In this document: one piece after another, positions 34,223 to 45,521 of the stretch
How the letters are laid out: each line of letters begins with the position of its first letter
Position numbering within the stretch: the first letter of the stretch is position 1
Assembly: GCA_977017575.1 (NCBI GenBank)
Contig: CDRNVI010000030.1
Coordinates: 496,001 to 560,000 of the forward strand
Direction of reading: 5' to 3'
Length of the DNA stretch: 64,000 nucleotides
Source: Paramoeba atlantica
Taxonomy: Eukaryota > Protista > Discosea
Notes under the pieces: model-generated
Seen by the model: the letters and a program-made list of their open reading frames with translations, nothing else
Databases searched by the model: none
Told to the model about the DNA's origin: nothing
Made by a program: the position numbers and the translations under genes

Positions 34223-34875
34223 GAATTGTTCATCATCGTATTTGTAATAAATAGAAAGATACTGCACAATAACATATTCGTTTCACCAGCGCATATTTCC
34301 TTCTGCACATATTACTAATAACACTTTGAACTCGTGTAATCCAATCCAAAGATAAAATAGTTTTTTCACTGGGACGTCCCTTCATATAAATCATAACTTC
34401 CAACCAATCACTGTCCTATACCTTGCGATCGGGTAGTACCACGCGGGGACCACCTTTCCTTACGCGAATAGGGAGTGAAAAACAAACTACAAGGTGACAA
34501 TTGTAATTTTTCTATACACATATTTATCACATATTAATAGATCATAATAAAATATTATTATGTGCCCCGTAGGGCCACACATACCCTCTATAATATAGAA
34601 AACCTGCAAATCCTCTTCAAACAATTCTTTTCGTAAACTATAAGAATTGTTCATCATCGTATTTGTAATAAATAGAAAGATACTGCACAATAACATATTC
34701 GTTTCACCAGCGCATATTTCCTTCTGCACATATTACTAATAACACTTTGAACTCGTGTAATCCAATCCAAAGATAAAATAGTTTTTTCACTGGGACGTCC
34801 CTTCATATAAATCATAACTTCCAACCAATCACTGTCCTATACCTTGCGATCGGGTAGTACCACGCGGGGACCACC
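34223..34875 (-). repeat. 232-bp direct repeats (34223-34454, 34644-34875) around a 189-bp spacer; probable split direct repeat end of the YR element
   Basis: Identical blocks at offset 421, located just 3' of the RT/RNase H stop. Confidence 0.8.
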
Positions 34876-35052
34876 CACTCGCCAGTTCCTATATACCCAA
34901 ACGCGAGTCGAAAACACCATAAGAGTCGCCTACTACCCTCATGGATTATTCGATTTCACCTGCCAGTAAACTAAAACATTATTATTTTTTTTTTTTTTGG
35001 TGTGATATCTAATTCCCTGTGTTTACAGTACTGTATATCCGACTATATAAAA

Positions 35053-37464
35053 TCATAATCTGCTATACGGATCCGCTGGATTGTCCTTTGAAGTTATATA
35101 ACGCGCCTGCACTGCTATGCCGTTACGTTGTAGGAATTTTAATAACCCGCACAATTCCGCTGTGATCCCATCTGAACGGGACATTCTCCTATTTATGGCA
35201 GCCAGGCAGGAAGTATTGTCCACAAACAAATCCACACATGTGTCCCTATTAAAAAAGTGTCCATACTTTTGAAATGCTAATCTCACCGCTCGTGTTTCCG
35301 CTCGATTTACCTCGTAATCAAATCCAACAGGCCATGAAGCTCCCGTGCAACACACTTGCCCGTAGTCCAAATATAGAACTGCCCCCCAGCCTGTAGAAGA
35401 CGCATCGGTGCACAGAATATGGCAATGAGGGACGGTATCTGGATGCCGCACGGGTTCAACGGGGGAACGGTGGATCAAAGCATCCCGCCACTCACAAAGG
35501 GTTCTTCGGACCCCAAAAGGAAGTGGAACGAGTTTGTCCCCTAACGTCGGGTCTCGATTTAAATTATTTATCCGTCGGCGTACTATTTTCAATTGCATGT
35601 GGTACTGCGGGATCCCGATTCCCATCACGGCCGAACCAAAAATAAGCCTCCCAACCCCTGCCTCCAATCCGGAATAAGTTCCATTCATATAGTCATCCAA
35701 TTGCAACCTTTTCGTAATTTTTGGTCCAAGAGCGACCTTCCCCAATCGATGATGATAATTCACCCCATTAAACGTATAATTTTGTAACGGAGGGGTACCA
35801 ACGTCCTTAAAAAGGGCATTCACCTTCAACGCACGCGCATCAATAAACTCGGCATATTTCTTTGTTACTTGGTCGTCTGCGGCATAACGAATTCCGTCTA
35901 TATAGACATCAAGACCAGGATGTACAAAAGCGGATTTCCTAGTGCAGTAATTTGGGTCCCCAGCAATGGTCGATGTGATCGTGTGCATCAGTTCTGGTGC
36001 ACAGCGATGCCCCATAGGCATTACATTCATTTGATATAGGACCCCGTCCTGATTTGTAAAGCGAAACTTTGCTCGGCTCGCTGCGGGAATGTTTACTTGA
36101 AAGAAGCCGCATGCCAAATCCCTCTTCACCGCCGACTGCTGGCGAGCTCGATGGAGGTAAAAGGCTGCATGCTTAACCGGAACATGGGGTTTGTACGTCT
36201 CTTTCACACGCACATTATCAGATTGGGTCCAGGCGATAAAACGACGACGTTCGGCGCCATTTTCGGCCGGTTCTACTACAGTAAACGGTACTACATATTC
36301 CATCGTGGGACTTTTCGCTTCTTGTTCGCGTGATACCTTCGAAATAAAACTTGCGTCCACCAGCTCTGTAATATCTCTTGTATTCAAAAACGATTTGCTT
36401 TTTGGTGCCGGACTCGGACTTTCCGGCAATGCTGTCAATTTTGACCACGTGTCCTCGAAGCGCTGACGAGTCTGATTATTCATCATCTCCTTAACATCTC
36501 CTAACTCTATGTTAGGAATATCTTTCTTCACGTGTAACGGAAGCTTTAGCTCCTCCCCTTGTGCGACTCTCGAAGTTCTTCTCGATCTCGTAATCGTGTG
36601 TCTTACCTTTTCATGTGGCACATCTTCCAAAAACTTGCAAAATAGCACTTCGGGGTCTAAATAATTCTTAATTTCTTTGTCGCATTTTGTGTCCCCAATG
36701 CTAATGCCGTCGTCACGGGATCTGCGTTGTAGCGTAGCAGGGATTCCAGGCCCTGGTGTTTGGCTAGGTGTTGTACCTCGTCTAGACGGAGAGTCCCTTT
36801 TACCACTTCGGCGAACAGTTGTGTTATTGCCCCCCTTTTCGCCGAGTGCGTTCCGTACCCCGTTCCTAGAATATCCCGAATTCTGCTGTCGACCTGGGAT
36901 ACTGGGGTCCGAGACATGGGTTCCCACTGCCCCAATCGGTTGATATATTCGTATAGTTGCCTGGTTCCCTGTCCCTCTATCACCGTGTACATGGAAGGGC
37001 GGAAAGGATTTAATCGAGACGTTTTCGTGTTCCTGCCCCACCAGATAACTATTCGGTGGGGTGTTACCTCGTGAAATTGCGCTTTTGTCAAACTTGCTGT
37101 TTCGGTCCACCGACTTGCTGCTTTCCAGGAGAGCAGTAAGGTATGTTTTTCGCTCCTTGGGAGATGTCGCCAAAGTCGATGGAGTAACTCGGGGGTCAAC
37201 GGTTTCATTTGCCGCACTGGCTCGGTCGCCCCCTCCGCTAGGAGCGACTTTATATAGAATTTCAGCGGATTCGTTTCCGTGCCCGCGAGGTTTAACAACG
37301 TAGCGAGACTTCGCGCGTATGTAATCTTTCCCTGCACTCTGATGTTCATACTCGCCAGAAACGTTACTGCGTGTATCGCGTTGAGCGTTATTCCCTTCCC
37401 CTTGCAAAATGCGTTCAGTCGCTCCCACAGCCTCGCGCGGCTCTGCCATGTCGCATTGCTCCAC
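35053..37464 (-). CDS. RT/RNase H ORF of a DIRS-order (TATE/VIPER-like) retrotransposon
   Basis: DLACGFFQV, MPMG, YIDG, CTDASSTGWGA, AETRA, VDN, NPADPYSR. Confidence 0.88.
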   Translation of the reverse strand: MEQCDMAEPREAVGATERILQGEGNNAQRDTRSNVSGEYEHQSAGKDYIRAKSRYVVKPRGHGNESAEILYKVAPSGGGDRASAANETVDPRVTPSTLATSPKERKTYLTALLESSKSVDRNSKFDKSAISRGNTPPNSYLVGQEHENVSIKSFPPFHVHGDRGTGNQATIRIYQPIGAVGTHVSDPSIPGRQQNSGYSRNGVRNALGEKGGNNTTVRRSGKRDSPSRRGTTPSQTPGPGIPATLQRRSRDDGISIGDTKCDKEIKNYLDPEVLFCKFLEDVPHEKVRHTITRSRRTSRVAQGEELKLPLHVKKDIPNIELGDVKEMMNNQTRQRFEDTWSKLTALPESPSPAPKSKSFLNTRDITELVDASFISKVSREQEAKSPTMEYVVPFTVVEPAENGAERRRFIAWTQSDNVRVKETYKPHVPVKHAAFYLHRARQQSAVKRDLACGFFQVNIPAASRAKFRFTNQDGVLYQMNVMPMGHRCAPELMHTITSTIAGDPNYCTRKSAFVHPGLDVYIDGIRYAADDQVTKKYAEFIDARALKVNALFKDVGTPPLQNYTFNGVNYHHRLGKVALGPKITKRLQLDDYMNGTYSGLEAGVGRLIFGSAVMGIGIPQYHMQLKIVRRRINNLNRDPTLGDKLVPLPFGVRRTLCEWRDALIHRSPVEPVRHPDTVPHCHILCTDASSTGWGAVLYLDYGQVCCTGASWPVGFDYEVNRAETRAVRLAFQKYGHFFNRDTCVDLFVDNTSCLAAINRRMSRSDGITAELCGLLKFLQRNGIAVQARYITSKDNPADPYSRL

Positions 37465-37613
37465 ATTTCGGACATGGCATCCATAGCAGTCCGTATTTCG
37501 TCGGTCATATGTGTGACCCCCATCAATAGTCGCAATAATTCCATTCTTTCCGGTGTTGTTCCGATCTTTGTGCCAAAGCTGGAGTACCCTGCGCTATAGA
37601 ACCACGCATTCAT
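36657..37613 (-). CDS. Tyrosine recombinase of the same element, 5'-truncated near 37590
   Basis: ASR, K, HSAKRG, H, LRY catalytic set; overlaps the RT ORF by ~800 nt in another frame. Confidence 0.88.
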   Translation of the reverse strand: MNAWFYSAGYSSFGTKIGTTPERMELLRLLMGVTHMTDEIRTAMDAMSEMWSNATWQSRARLWERLNAFCKGKGITLNAIHAVTFLASMNIRVQGKITYARSLATLLNLAGTETNPLKFYIKSLLAEGATEPVRQMKPLTPELLHRLWRHLPRSEKHTLLLSWKAASRWTETASLTKAQFHEVTPHRIVIWWGRNTKTSRLNPFRPSMYTVIEGQGTRQLYEYINRLGQWEPMSRTPVSQVDSRIRDILGTGYGTHSAKRGAITQLFAEVVKGTLRLDEVQHLAKHQGLESLLRYNADPVTTALALGTQNATKKLRII

Positions 37614-38084
37614 TCTTCCTTCTTCTGCACGAAGTGCAAATGTTCCATTTCACCTGAAGCTGCAGAACATCACCCTTGTCGTGCTCGGAGAATTCGCTCA
37701 GGCCCTGATCTGGCCATAATGTGGCCAAATGTTGGGGAGATACTCTATGATGTGACAGTGGTGCACACTTGTTGTGGGAGCTACAAGCGGCAGACAAGCG
37801 TTGCCCTCCTCCAAAATGCGGTAGACCGTAAGCAACGGAAATATGTGCAGGAAAAAGGATTGGACCAAGAATACTTTCGCTGCATACCAGTAACAGATTG
37901 TGGTCTTCTTCACAAGGAAACTAAGGAACTCCTCAAGACACTGGCAAATAGGGCAGGCCTAGACGCAGAAAACATTCGAGAAGCATTCCAATTGGAAATT
38001 GAAAAATTCTCCGCATACACTATCTTCTCGCAACTGCGGCAATATATGGCCCAAGAACATTGGGTAGGAAGTCTGCAATGCTGA
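37591..38084 (+). pseudogene. 5'-truncated group A element (inserted ZnF + RLE)
   Basis: IEPRIHSSFFCTKC..HPC..RSGPD..YDVT..WVGSLQC; its end is partly duplicated at ~38305-38425. Confidence 0.85.
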
Positions 38085-38453
38085 ATCTTTGAAGTTACTC
38101 CGGAAATCGTGCCAAAAGCACACAAGATAACACACAAAAAAAAAACAGTGATGACGGCACATAAGCTAAAATGCTAGATGATGATTTGATTTTAATCTCA
38201 AGACGTTGCAACATCTTAGGACAGACATTGGTGATAAAGATAGATAAAAAGTGGAACTGAGTATGTGCAATGGTTATCAATTTTATCAAGTTCTAAAAGT
38301 TTATATATATGGCCCAAGAACATTGGGTAGGAAGTCTACAATGCTGAATCTTTGAAGTTACTCCGGAAATCGGGCCAAAAGCACACAAGATAACACAAAA
38401 AAAAACAGTAATGACGGCTCATAAGATAAAAATACCAGATGATGTTAGGTAGT

Positions 38454-38533
38454 ATTAAGCTTGTGAGTTTTATTAAGCTTGTGAGTTTTATTAAGCTTGT
38501 GAGTTTTATTAAGCTTGTGAGTTTTATCAAGCT
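38454..38533 (+). repeat. 18-nt tandem repeat ATTAAGCTTGTGAGTTTT, ~4 copies
   Basis: Direct inspection. Confidence 0.85.
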
Positions 38534-38729
38534 CTGAACGAACGGAACGAAAGACGAGCTGAGGAACGGAAAGAAGCGTGTGATATAGGAAAGAATTGCC
38601 TCTTCAGGAGGTTTTAAAAAAAAAACATTCTCGTTCAGCGATACGAAAAAAATGCATCCAAAGGGCTCCTTTCACGAGACCAAGCGCGAAACGATCTCCT
38701 AACAAAAAAAAAAAAAAAAAAAAAAAAAA

Positions 38730-40690
38730 GAGGGATGACGGGGTACTAGCAGGACCATCTTGCGACGTAAGGCATGCTCTAGACGTGATTGCGATAACCG
38801 GCCCAAAATGGGGATTACACCTCAACGTAGCAAAGTGCGAGCTTATATCACACCCCGCTTCCTCCCACCGTTCTTCCCTTTTCCCCGACATTCCCGGTTT
38901 GAACAAAAATGGGGAAGGTAATTTCCATATTTTGGGGAGCCCGGTTGGATCCACCCAATTTTGCCGAGAGTTCTTCCTCCAAAACGCAATCGACTTAGCC
39001 GAAGAGTCGTTGGAGGCCATAACCACGCTTGATGATCCCCAGATTGCATTGTCTCTGATCCGACACTGTACAGGTTTCTGTCAAATGGTGTACTCTCTCA
39101 GATCCACTCCGACCGCTGAACTACAGGATGTCTGCAAACGCCTAGACGATGCCGTCCAGCGTACCACTGAACACTTCTTTCGCCCTCTGAGCGATGGGGC
39201 CCGACGCCAGGCTCAACGTGAAAAGCGGTACGGGGGGTTGGGGCTCCGGTCAGCGGAGGAACACGCGAGTTCCGCCTACGTAGCCTCCGTCGCTTTTGCA
39301 TCAAACAAAGACCGGTGGGACCCAGAGGACGCTGAGGGGTTCACCCAAGCTGTTCGGGAGGTCAACAAACGCACCGGGACGGCAGTCGTCGAACAGTGCG
39401 GATTAATATCAAAAAGTCTCGCATTGTCGATGACCACGCTTAACTCGAATAACGATGCACAAGAACCTAGCACAGAGCTGGTAATTCCTCGCCAACGCGA
39501 TCTGAGTCATGCCATCGCTTCCTACGAATTTCGGGAGTCGTTTGCTCGTGCCGACCTTCGAACGAGGGCCAGATGGACATCGGAAACGGGAGAAGGGGCC
39601 TCGGAGTGGGCTTTCGTAATCCCTTCCAAGAAAAGCGGCTTAGCCTACACACCGACTGAATTTCGTACTCTTGTGCGTTGGTGGCTCGGGGATACTATTT
39701 ACCCAGCTTTCCGGCCCTGTCCTCTGGAGAAATGCTCGTTGCCGCTTGACCCCGAGGGTGACCACGCACTGGTATGCAAGTGCGGGCACGGCATAATCGC
39801 ACGGCACAACGCCATTGCGGGACAGTTCACAACAGAGTGTGCCAAAGCCGGGTTTACCCCACGGCGAGAAGTGAGTCTGGGGAATACGGGCCCCGGAGGC
39901 ACCCTCACCAGGCCAGCGGACGTATTTCTTTCCACATTCGACGTAGGCCAGTCTCTCGTATTAGACTTCGCTGTCACTCACGTCCAGCAGCCAAAGTATA
40001 CGGACTTAGTCCGTGACGCTAACTGGGTGGCAGCGGGGTCTTTCGCGGAGCGCTACGCGACGGAAAACAAAAAGAAACAAAGAGAGGAAGCAGAAGCCGC
40101 ACGCCACAGGTTTGGTGCTATGGTGGTGGAGACCTACGGGGCATGGAGTCCCAGTGCCTTCGCCATTCTCAAGGAGGTAGCTGCTTCACGGTCAGCGTAC
40201 TCCGGGGGACTCTCGAAGGGTGAAGCCCTTCACCAACTGGTGACAACGCTGAACGTCGCCCTCATGAGGACACAAGCTCGTATGCTTGTACTGCGCCTCC
40301 CCGCAGCCTCCCCCGATATCTGTGTTAATGGGTACGGGAACGAAGAGTAGTCTTCGTGGAACCCGCGGCTTTTCTTGGGAGTTTTCTTGGGTGGGGGGCC
40401 CTTTTCTATGATGGGGGGATGTGGCCAGCGTCCGGATTCCCTGCGGATTTTAAGGTACGGGGTTGGCGTTTTGAAGGGAGGTAGGGGTTTGCTAGTTTTT
40501 GGTTTGCTAGTTTCGGGATTAAGTGGGGGGGGAAGGGAAGTGAATGTAGTGAGGGGAAGGAAGTAGGGGAAGGAAGGAAGGAAGGAAGGAAGTAGGGGAA
40601 GGAAGGAAGTAGGGTGAAGGTTTTTAATTCGTGGAAAGTTCGAAACGTACATAAAAACATTAGACTCAATACTACTCCCCCCAATTATAT

Positions 40691-40722
<32 letters not shown>
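38730..40722 (+). mobile_element. 5'-truncated group E1 CRE-clade element with 3' UTR and poly(A)
   Basis: Starts at the DDG RT motif after a poly(A); ARHN, RPADV, LDFAVTH; stop 40350; poly(A) 40693-40722. Confidence 0.88.
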
Positions 40723-40725
<3 letters not shown>

Positions 40726-41166
40726 ACCCCAAGTGAGGTAGTACACGGGTAGTGAATCTCCTCCCCGTCGACCAGCATCCTGTTTCGCGACCGTGTCGCT
40801 GTCGACACAGGCCCGCGCCTGCGCCCTCCCATATAGCAAGGGAAGGGTTCACAAGTCAGGCCGTGGAGTGGTCGAAAGACCCGGTCCGGAACGCGCGAAT
40901 GGATTGGGTCTGTATTGCTTGTTTTAGTTTTTACTGTTTCTTGTTTGTAGTATATACTTAGGGGAGATTAAATTGCTAGTTTTGGGCTGAGAAAAAACAA
41001 AAGGTACATCTGTGGAAACAAAAAGAATTGCTAATTTGATTGCTTGTTTTTAACTCGTATACCCCCCCCAATGGACCTACTTGGTTCGTCTACTGGGTCA
41101 AAATATAGAGGCAATGCCGCGATTCATACTTCTCCCCCCTTATTAATTGCAAAAAAAAAAAAAAAA
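40723..41166 (+). mobile_element. 3'-UTR-only copy of group E3 with poly(A)
   Basis: Matches reverse complement of ~30467-30890; (A)nCCTA on both sides. Confidence 0.8.
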
Positions 41167-41184
41167 CCTAACTTACTTAAAAAA

Positions 41185-41407
41185 AATCTTTAACGATAAA
41201 GATACAGTTTCTGTACCTTGTTGAATTATTTCCTTTTTCTTCCCTACACCAACTTCCAGACCATGGGAGGGCACCCCCCTCAAATACACACTTTCTTGTC
41301 GGCATCCCCCCTCCCTCTCTCGTCCCATCATCCCCCTGCGCCGTATCCCCCCACCTCGACCTTCCGTGTCAGCGCGCTTGTCGTTCTGTTGTTTTCCTCT
41401 CTTGCGT
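41185..41407 (+). mobile_element. 5' half of an SL-led D-variant SINE (SL 41185-41223)
   Basis: Paralog of 4611-4833; continues at 44974 after an insertion. Confidence 0.8.
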
Positions 41408-44400
41408 TTTTTTTTTTTTGCAAACAGCCACTCCTCTTCCGAAAGATCCTGGCAATACTGACGAGCTTGCGCTCTTTTTTTAAAGTCTCCTAAATTTCTT
41501 ATCGTAAACTTATATACTTTTTTTTTTTTTACTTTCTCAAGTTTACATAAACTTTTAGTACTGATTTTTGTCTATCTCTTCGCAGACTTTATAATTCCAA
41601 TTTGTATCTTTTCTGTACTTTTGATTTCTTAAAGAATAGTGCTTTTCTGATAGTCTTGAGGCTCCAAAAAATGTCGGAGCTGTGCGTATACTTCGGATCC
41701 GTTCAGCTCTTGGAGTAGCAACTTGAATGCCTGTTCGGTTTTTTGGGTATCCAACAGGCAGACATCCGTCAGTGATTTAATTAGGCCCCGTGTGCTCTTA
41801 TGTAAAGACCCGCAGGACAAGACAGGAAGGCACTCAAAAGCTTCCGCCGGAATCATGCCACTATTGACATATGTTTCATTTTTCCGCTGTATAGCTTCTC
41901 GCACGAGTTGGGAACACTTTTTATTCCGATGGGAAGGCGCGAGCTCGTGCACCACAGTTAGGTCGTAGAACCTACTACTCTATTCCGTTGGAGGTGGGAA
42001 CAAGTGAGAGGGCCGAATTATTAGCATTTCGTGAGGCTATTTCGAAAATTCCAGAAGGATCACTCTCTTGCGTTTTTCATACTGATTCTTGTTACGTTTG
42101 GCAATATTTTCACAGTTTAAGATCACGTTTTCGCGTTGTAGGCTACATCGGAATTGCAAATGGAGACTTGATGGATCAAATCGACCATAAATTACGCGCG
42201 TTGAAGGGTCAAGGGGTACAAATATACATGTGTAAAGTTAAATCTCACTCGGGAAATCCTTGGAACGAGGCAGCAGACTCGCTCGCATTGTCTGCATCTA
42301 GAAAGAAAGTAAGCGAACCTGAAATAAAGAGAAGAAAGTCTTCAAATTCGCAAACCACTGCTCAGCAGTTTGCAAAACGAAACGCGAAAAGTCAGCGTGC
42401 AGTGAAAGCCTCATCCGCGCCTAAACGTGAGGCAGAGGAAAGAGTTGTTATTCGCCAGAAAGTTACGAGAACTGGCGGTGGAAGGGGGACACCAAAGTAA
42501 GTGTGAGTGCTTGCTGTGTATCTCCGTACGTGTGCTAGAATATGCCTTGAGGAAGTTTTTATATTCCATTACTTTATGCGGTTTGTGTGCTCTAGTATTG
42601 GAGGCACAAAAACTCTGAATTTGGAGGTGATAGAGATGGAAGTGTTTGATGTGAAAGTGCTAAGTATTTTAGCCGACTTTGTCGGTATTTTGGATTGGAT
42701 GGATTGGAGGTCGTAGAACACCACGCCACTGTTCCAGTAGATCGCAAGATCCGGGCCTGAGCGATGAAACTGCCGTCCTCCGCATGTTTTGTGGTGGAGA
42801 TGCTGATTGTTGTAGTCGACTGTATTTCCGCATGTTAGACAACTCCACGTGCTAAAAGAACGCGGCTCTCTTTCGCATGGAATACCAGCTTTCATGCAAA
42901 GATCATATAGAAACTTGGTCAACATGTTGTGCTTCGCTGTGGCGTTGAAACCTGTACATTGCACGCATCCGGGGATGTGAGTTAGTGCAGTGTTTGCATC
43001 CATCAATGTTCGGCATCCAGGGCAAGTCATAGCATCAGGAAGTCTCGGGTGATGTACTCCAAGACGGGGCATGACTGCTAGCTCGAATAAGTGCGGTGGT
43101 ACATATCTTACATTGGACAGTAGCCAGTCATAACTCCCCTTATTGGAGGTTGCTTTTAACGTCCCGGCCATTTGTGGATCGCTTACGAGTTTGTTCCATG
43201 CTTCCTCATGAAGTTTCGCTGCAGCGGTAATTTCGTCAGTAGGTGGTTTTTGACGAGCGAGTTCTTGTTCATTTGCTGTCCCAGCGTGTTCAGTGCTATG
43301 AAACTGTGACGGCACAACTCGAGCTGAAAAAGATTTTATATGCTCAAAAGCTGTGTGTCGGGAAGCTTCATAAGCTGCCGCGCGCGTTGGGTGACACGCC
43401 GTGAGACCAAGTCCTCCTTTCTTCAGGGGTAACCTTGCTATGTCAATTTGTCTAGTCTGCAATGGGCCCATCCATGTTTGAAGTACGTTCTCGATTTCGC
43501 TATCAAAACGTTTACATGTTTGATCCGTGGCCTTGGGGTTGTGTGTCCTCATGTAGTACTGTTGACGAACGTTCACACTTTTTGTCAAAAGGATGAGGGA
43601 TACGTTACTCATGCCCATTAGCTTTAGCCTGCGGAATATTACTTCTTGTTTGCCGATCTTTTGGAGCAATTTTTGACTGATGGCGTCGTCTTCTCCAATA
43701 AAAGCCCCCAGTACTTTAGTGGCCTGGCTCTCGGTTTGTACTCCTTCGGCTTGAAGAGCTTCTGGAATGGACTTGCCGAGGATGCCACCAAACCAAACAC
43801 ATTTATGCGCCGATAGTGCAAGATTGCTAGATGCGACAAGTGCCTTCAGCCTTTTAAAAGCGTTCGTGAGCTGATTCGGATCTTCGGATGTCAAATTGAT
43901 ATCGTCGATGTACGCATGTATGTTGATGCCAGGAAATTCTTCTGCAAGGGTTTCCAATACAGGTTGTAGGTATGTGCAGAAATACAGCGTGGATAGTGGC
44001 GATCCCTGTTTTACTCCTGAGGAACTTGATACTGTGTCGACCAATTTACCTTCGCTGCCGTAGAAGAGAAGCTGAGATTGCTCGGAATATTCAGCCGCAA
44101 AATACCTTTGGAAGGGTCGGAGCGTTGCGATACCGAAAACATGCTTTGCGACGTCATTCCTGGAGGGGGTGTTGAACGCATTTTTCAAGTCTACGGATAG
44201 GATGGAGTGGCCTGTCAAATATTTTTCGTGAAGGGTGTGTACTATCCTCTCGCAGCCCGCTTTTGACATTATCCCCTGCTGCATTGGCGCAAAAAGTGGC
44301 TCCAGGGTATTTTCATAGCGTTGAAAAAGAATGATTCCCGCTAACTTTCCAAAAACGTCTCCCATAGCAACTGGCCGAACGCCTCCATCTGGTTTCGGGA

Positions 44401-44973
44401 TAGCGATCAACCTCGCTCTGTTTAGCCGCCGTAAAACTTGTCGCGAAAGAAAACCGTTCAGTAGATCGGCCATCATGTGACAAAGGCTCGTGCAGCACAC
44501 TTCATCGTCCAGCAGAAGTCGTAGCACGTTGTCAGTCGTTCCCGTTGGGCCTGGGCTGACTCCCTTCGCTAGCCTTCGACCTGCTGCACGCAGCTCCTCT
44601 GGAGAGACCCCGGCGATGATTGGCGCGTCATCTGGCAGTTTGAAGTCACATGTTTGTGCAGGGTGAAGCATTCGCAATTTTTCCAGCGTTTCGGCGTCGG
44701 ACAGCTTGTTGCGGGTGAAGATCTGACCCATGACCTTGGCCGCTTTAGTGGAGCACCCCTCAAGCACGAGTCTTGTCGCTTTCTTTACTGCTCGCACGTC
44801 ATCGGCAGTTGTCTTTGCCTCTTCTGATGAGCCGTCCTGCGGGCTCGTGTGCTCCTTGTGTGGTTTCCGCCGTCGTTGTCGTCCGCTAGAGCTTCGAATT
44901 GTTGCCAGAGAGACTTTCATAGCTGAAAGTGTTTGATTCCAGATTTTGTGGCGCCCAGCGTAGTCGCTTTTTG
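41408..44973 (-). mobile_element. Group B2 element inserted into the D-variant, carrying a second ~100-nt poly(A)-tailed segment
   Basis: 9-bp TSD CTCTTGCGT at 41399-41407 and 44974-44982; T-runs at ~41408-41419 and 41518-41530; ORF 42569..45187 plus 41629..41955. Confidence 0.88.
41988..42500 (+). CDS. 5'-truncated RNase H1 ORF on a 736-bp insert (41972-42707)
   Basis: AEL, HTDS, KVKSHSGNPWNEAAD; 12-bp TSD AGGTCGTAGAAC at 41960-41971 and 42708-42719. Confidence 0.88.
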   Translation: MEVGTSERAELLAFREAISKIPEGSLSCVFHTDSCYVWQYFHSLRSRFRVVGYIGIANGDLMDQIDHKLRALKGQGVQIYMCKVKSHSGNPWNEAADSLALSASRKKVSEPEIKRRKSSNSQTTAQQFAKRNAKSQRAVKASSAPKREAEERVVIRQKVTRTGGGRGTPK

Positions 44974-45521
44974 CTCTTGCGTCCCCCACCCCCGTGCCAG
45001 CAGCCCAAAGTATTGTATACTTGCTCACGGGGTGGGGGCAGAGGTCCACACCGATGGGCTCGGGCGTCGTTTCTCCTTGTCCCCGCGTCCGTCCCGCCAT
45101 GTCCCTCTTCCCGCTTTTTGCCCTCGGCGTGACGGCGGCTATGCGTTTCGTCTCCTCCAAGTCTCCCACCCTCGCACAGCAACTCAAAGTATCTTATACT
45201 GCTAACGGGGTGGGAGAGGAGGACACCTCCACGTCTCCCACCCTCGTACAGCAACACAAAGTATCTTATACTGCTAACGGGGTGGGAGCGGAGGTCCTGG
45301 ACCACATGGGCCACAGTGCGGACGAGCCGGTCAGTCGGGGACGCGTCAGTCGGTAGGGCGTAAGTGGGGGAAGGGAAGTGAGTGTGGTGAGTGGAAGGAA
45401 GTAGGGGAAGGAAGGAAGTAGGGTGAAAGGTTTTAAGTGGAGGAAAGTTCGAAACGTAGATATAAACATTAGAATCAATACTAAAAAACTTTAACAAAAA
45501 AAAAAAAAAAAAAAAAAAAAA
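44974..45521 (+). mobile_element. 3' half of the D-variant SINE with poly(A)
   Basis: Three copies of the CAGC..AAAGTAT..GCT(A/C)ACGGGGTGG motif; poly(A) 45496-45521. Confidence 0.8.

Noticed and set aside
38596-38729. Lys-rich or Phe-rich ORF N-termini (also 29590.., 30998.., 7101.., 5508..)
   Set aside because: Produced by reading through poly(A)/poly(T) junctions, so not real coding sequence
45484-45495. SL 5' fragment (ACTTTAAC) before a poly(A)
   Set aside because: Too short and AT-rich to distinguish from chance
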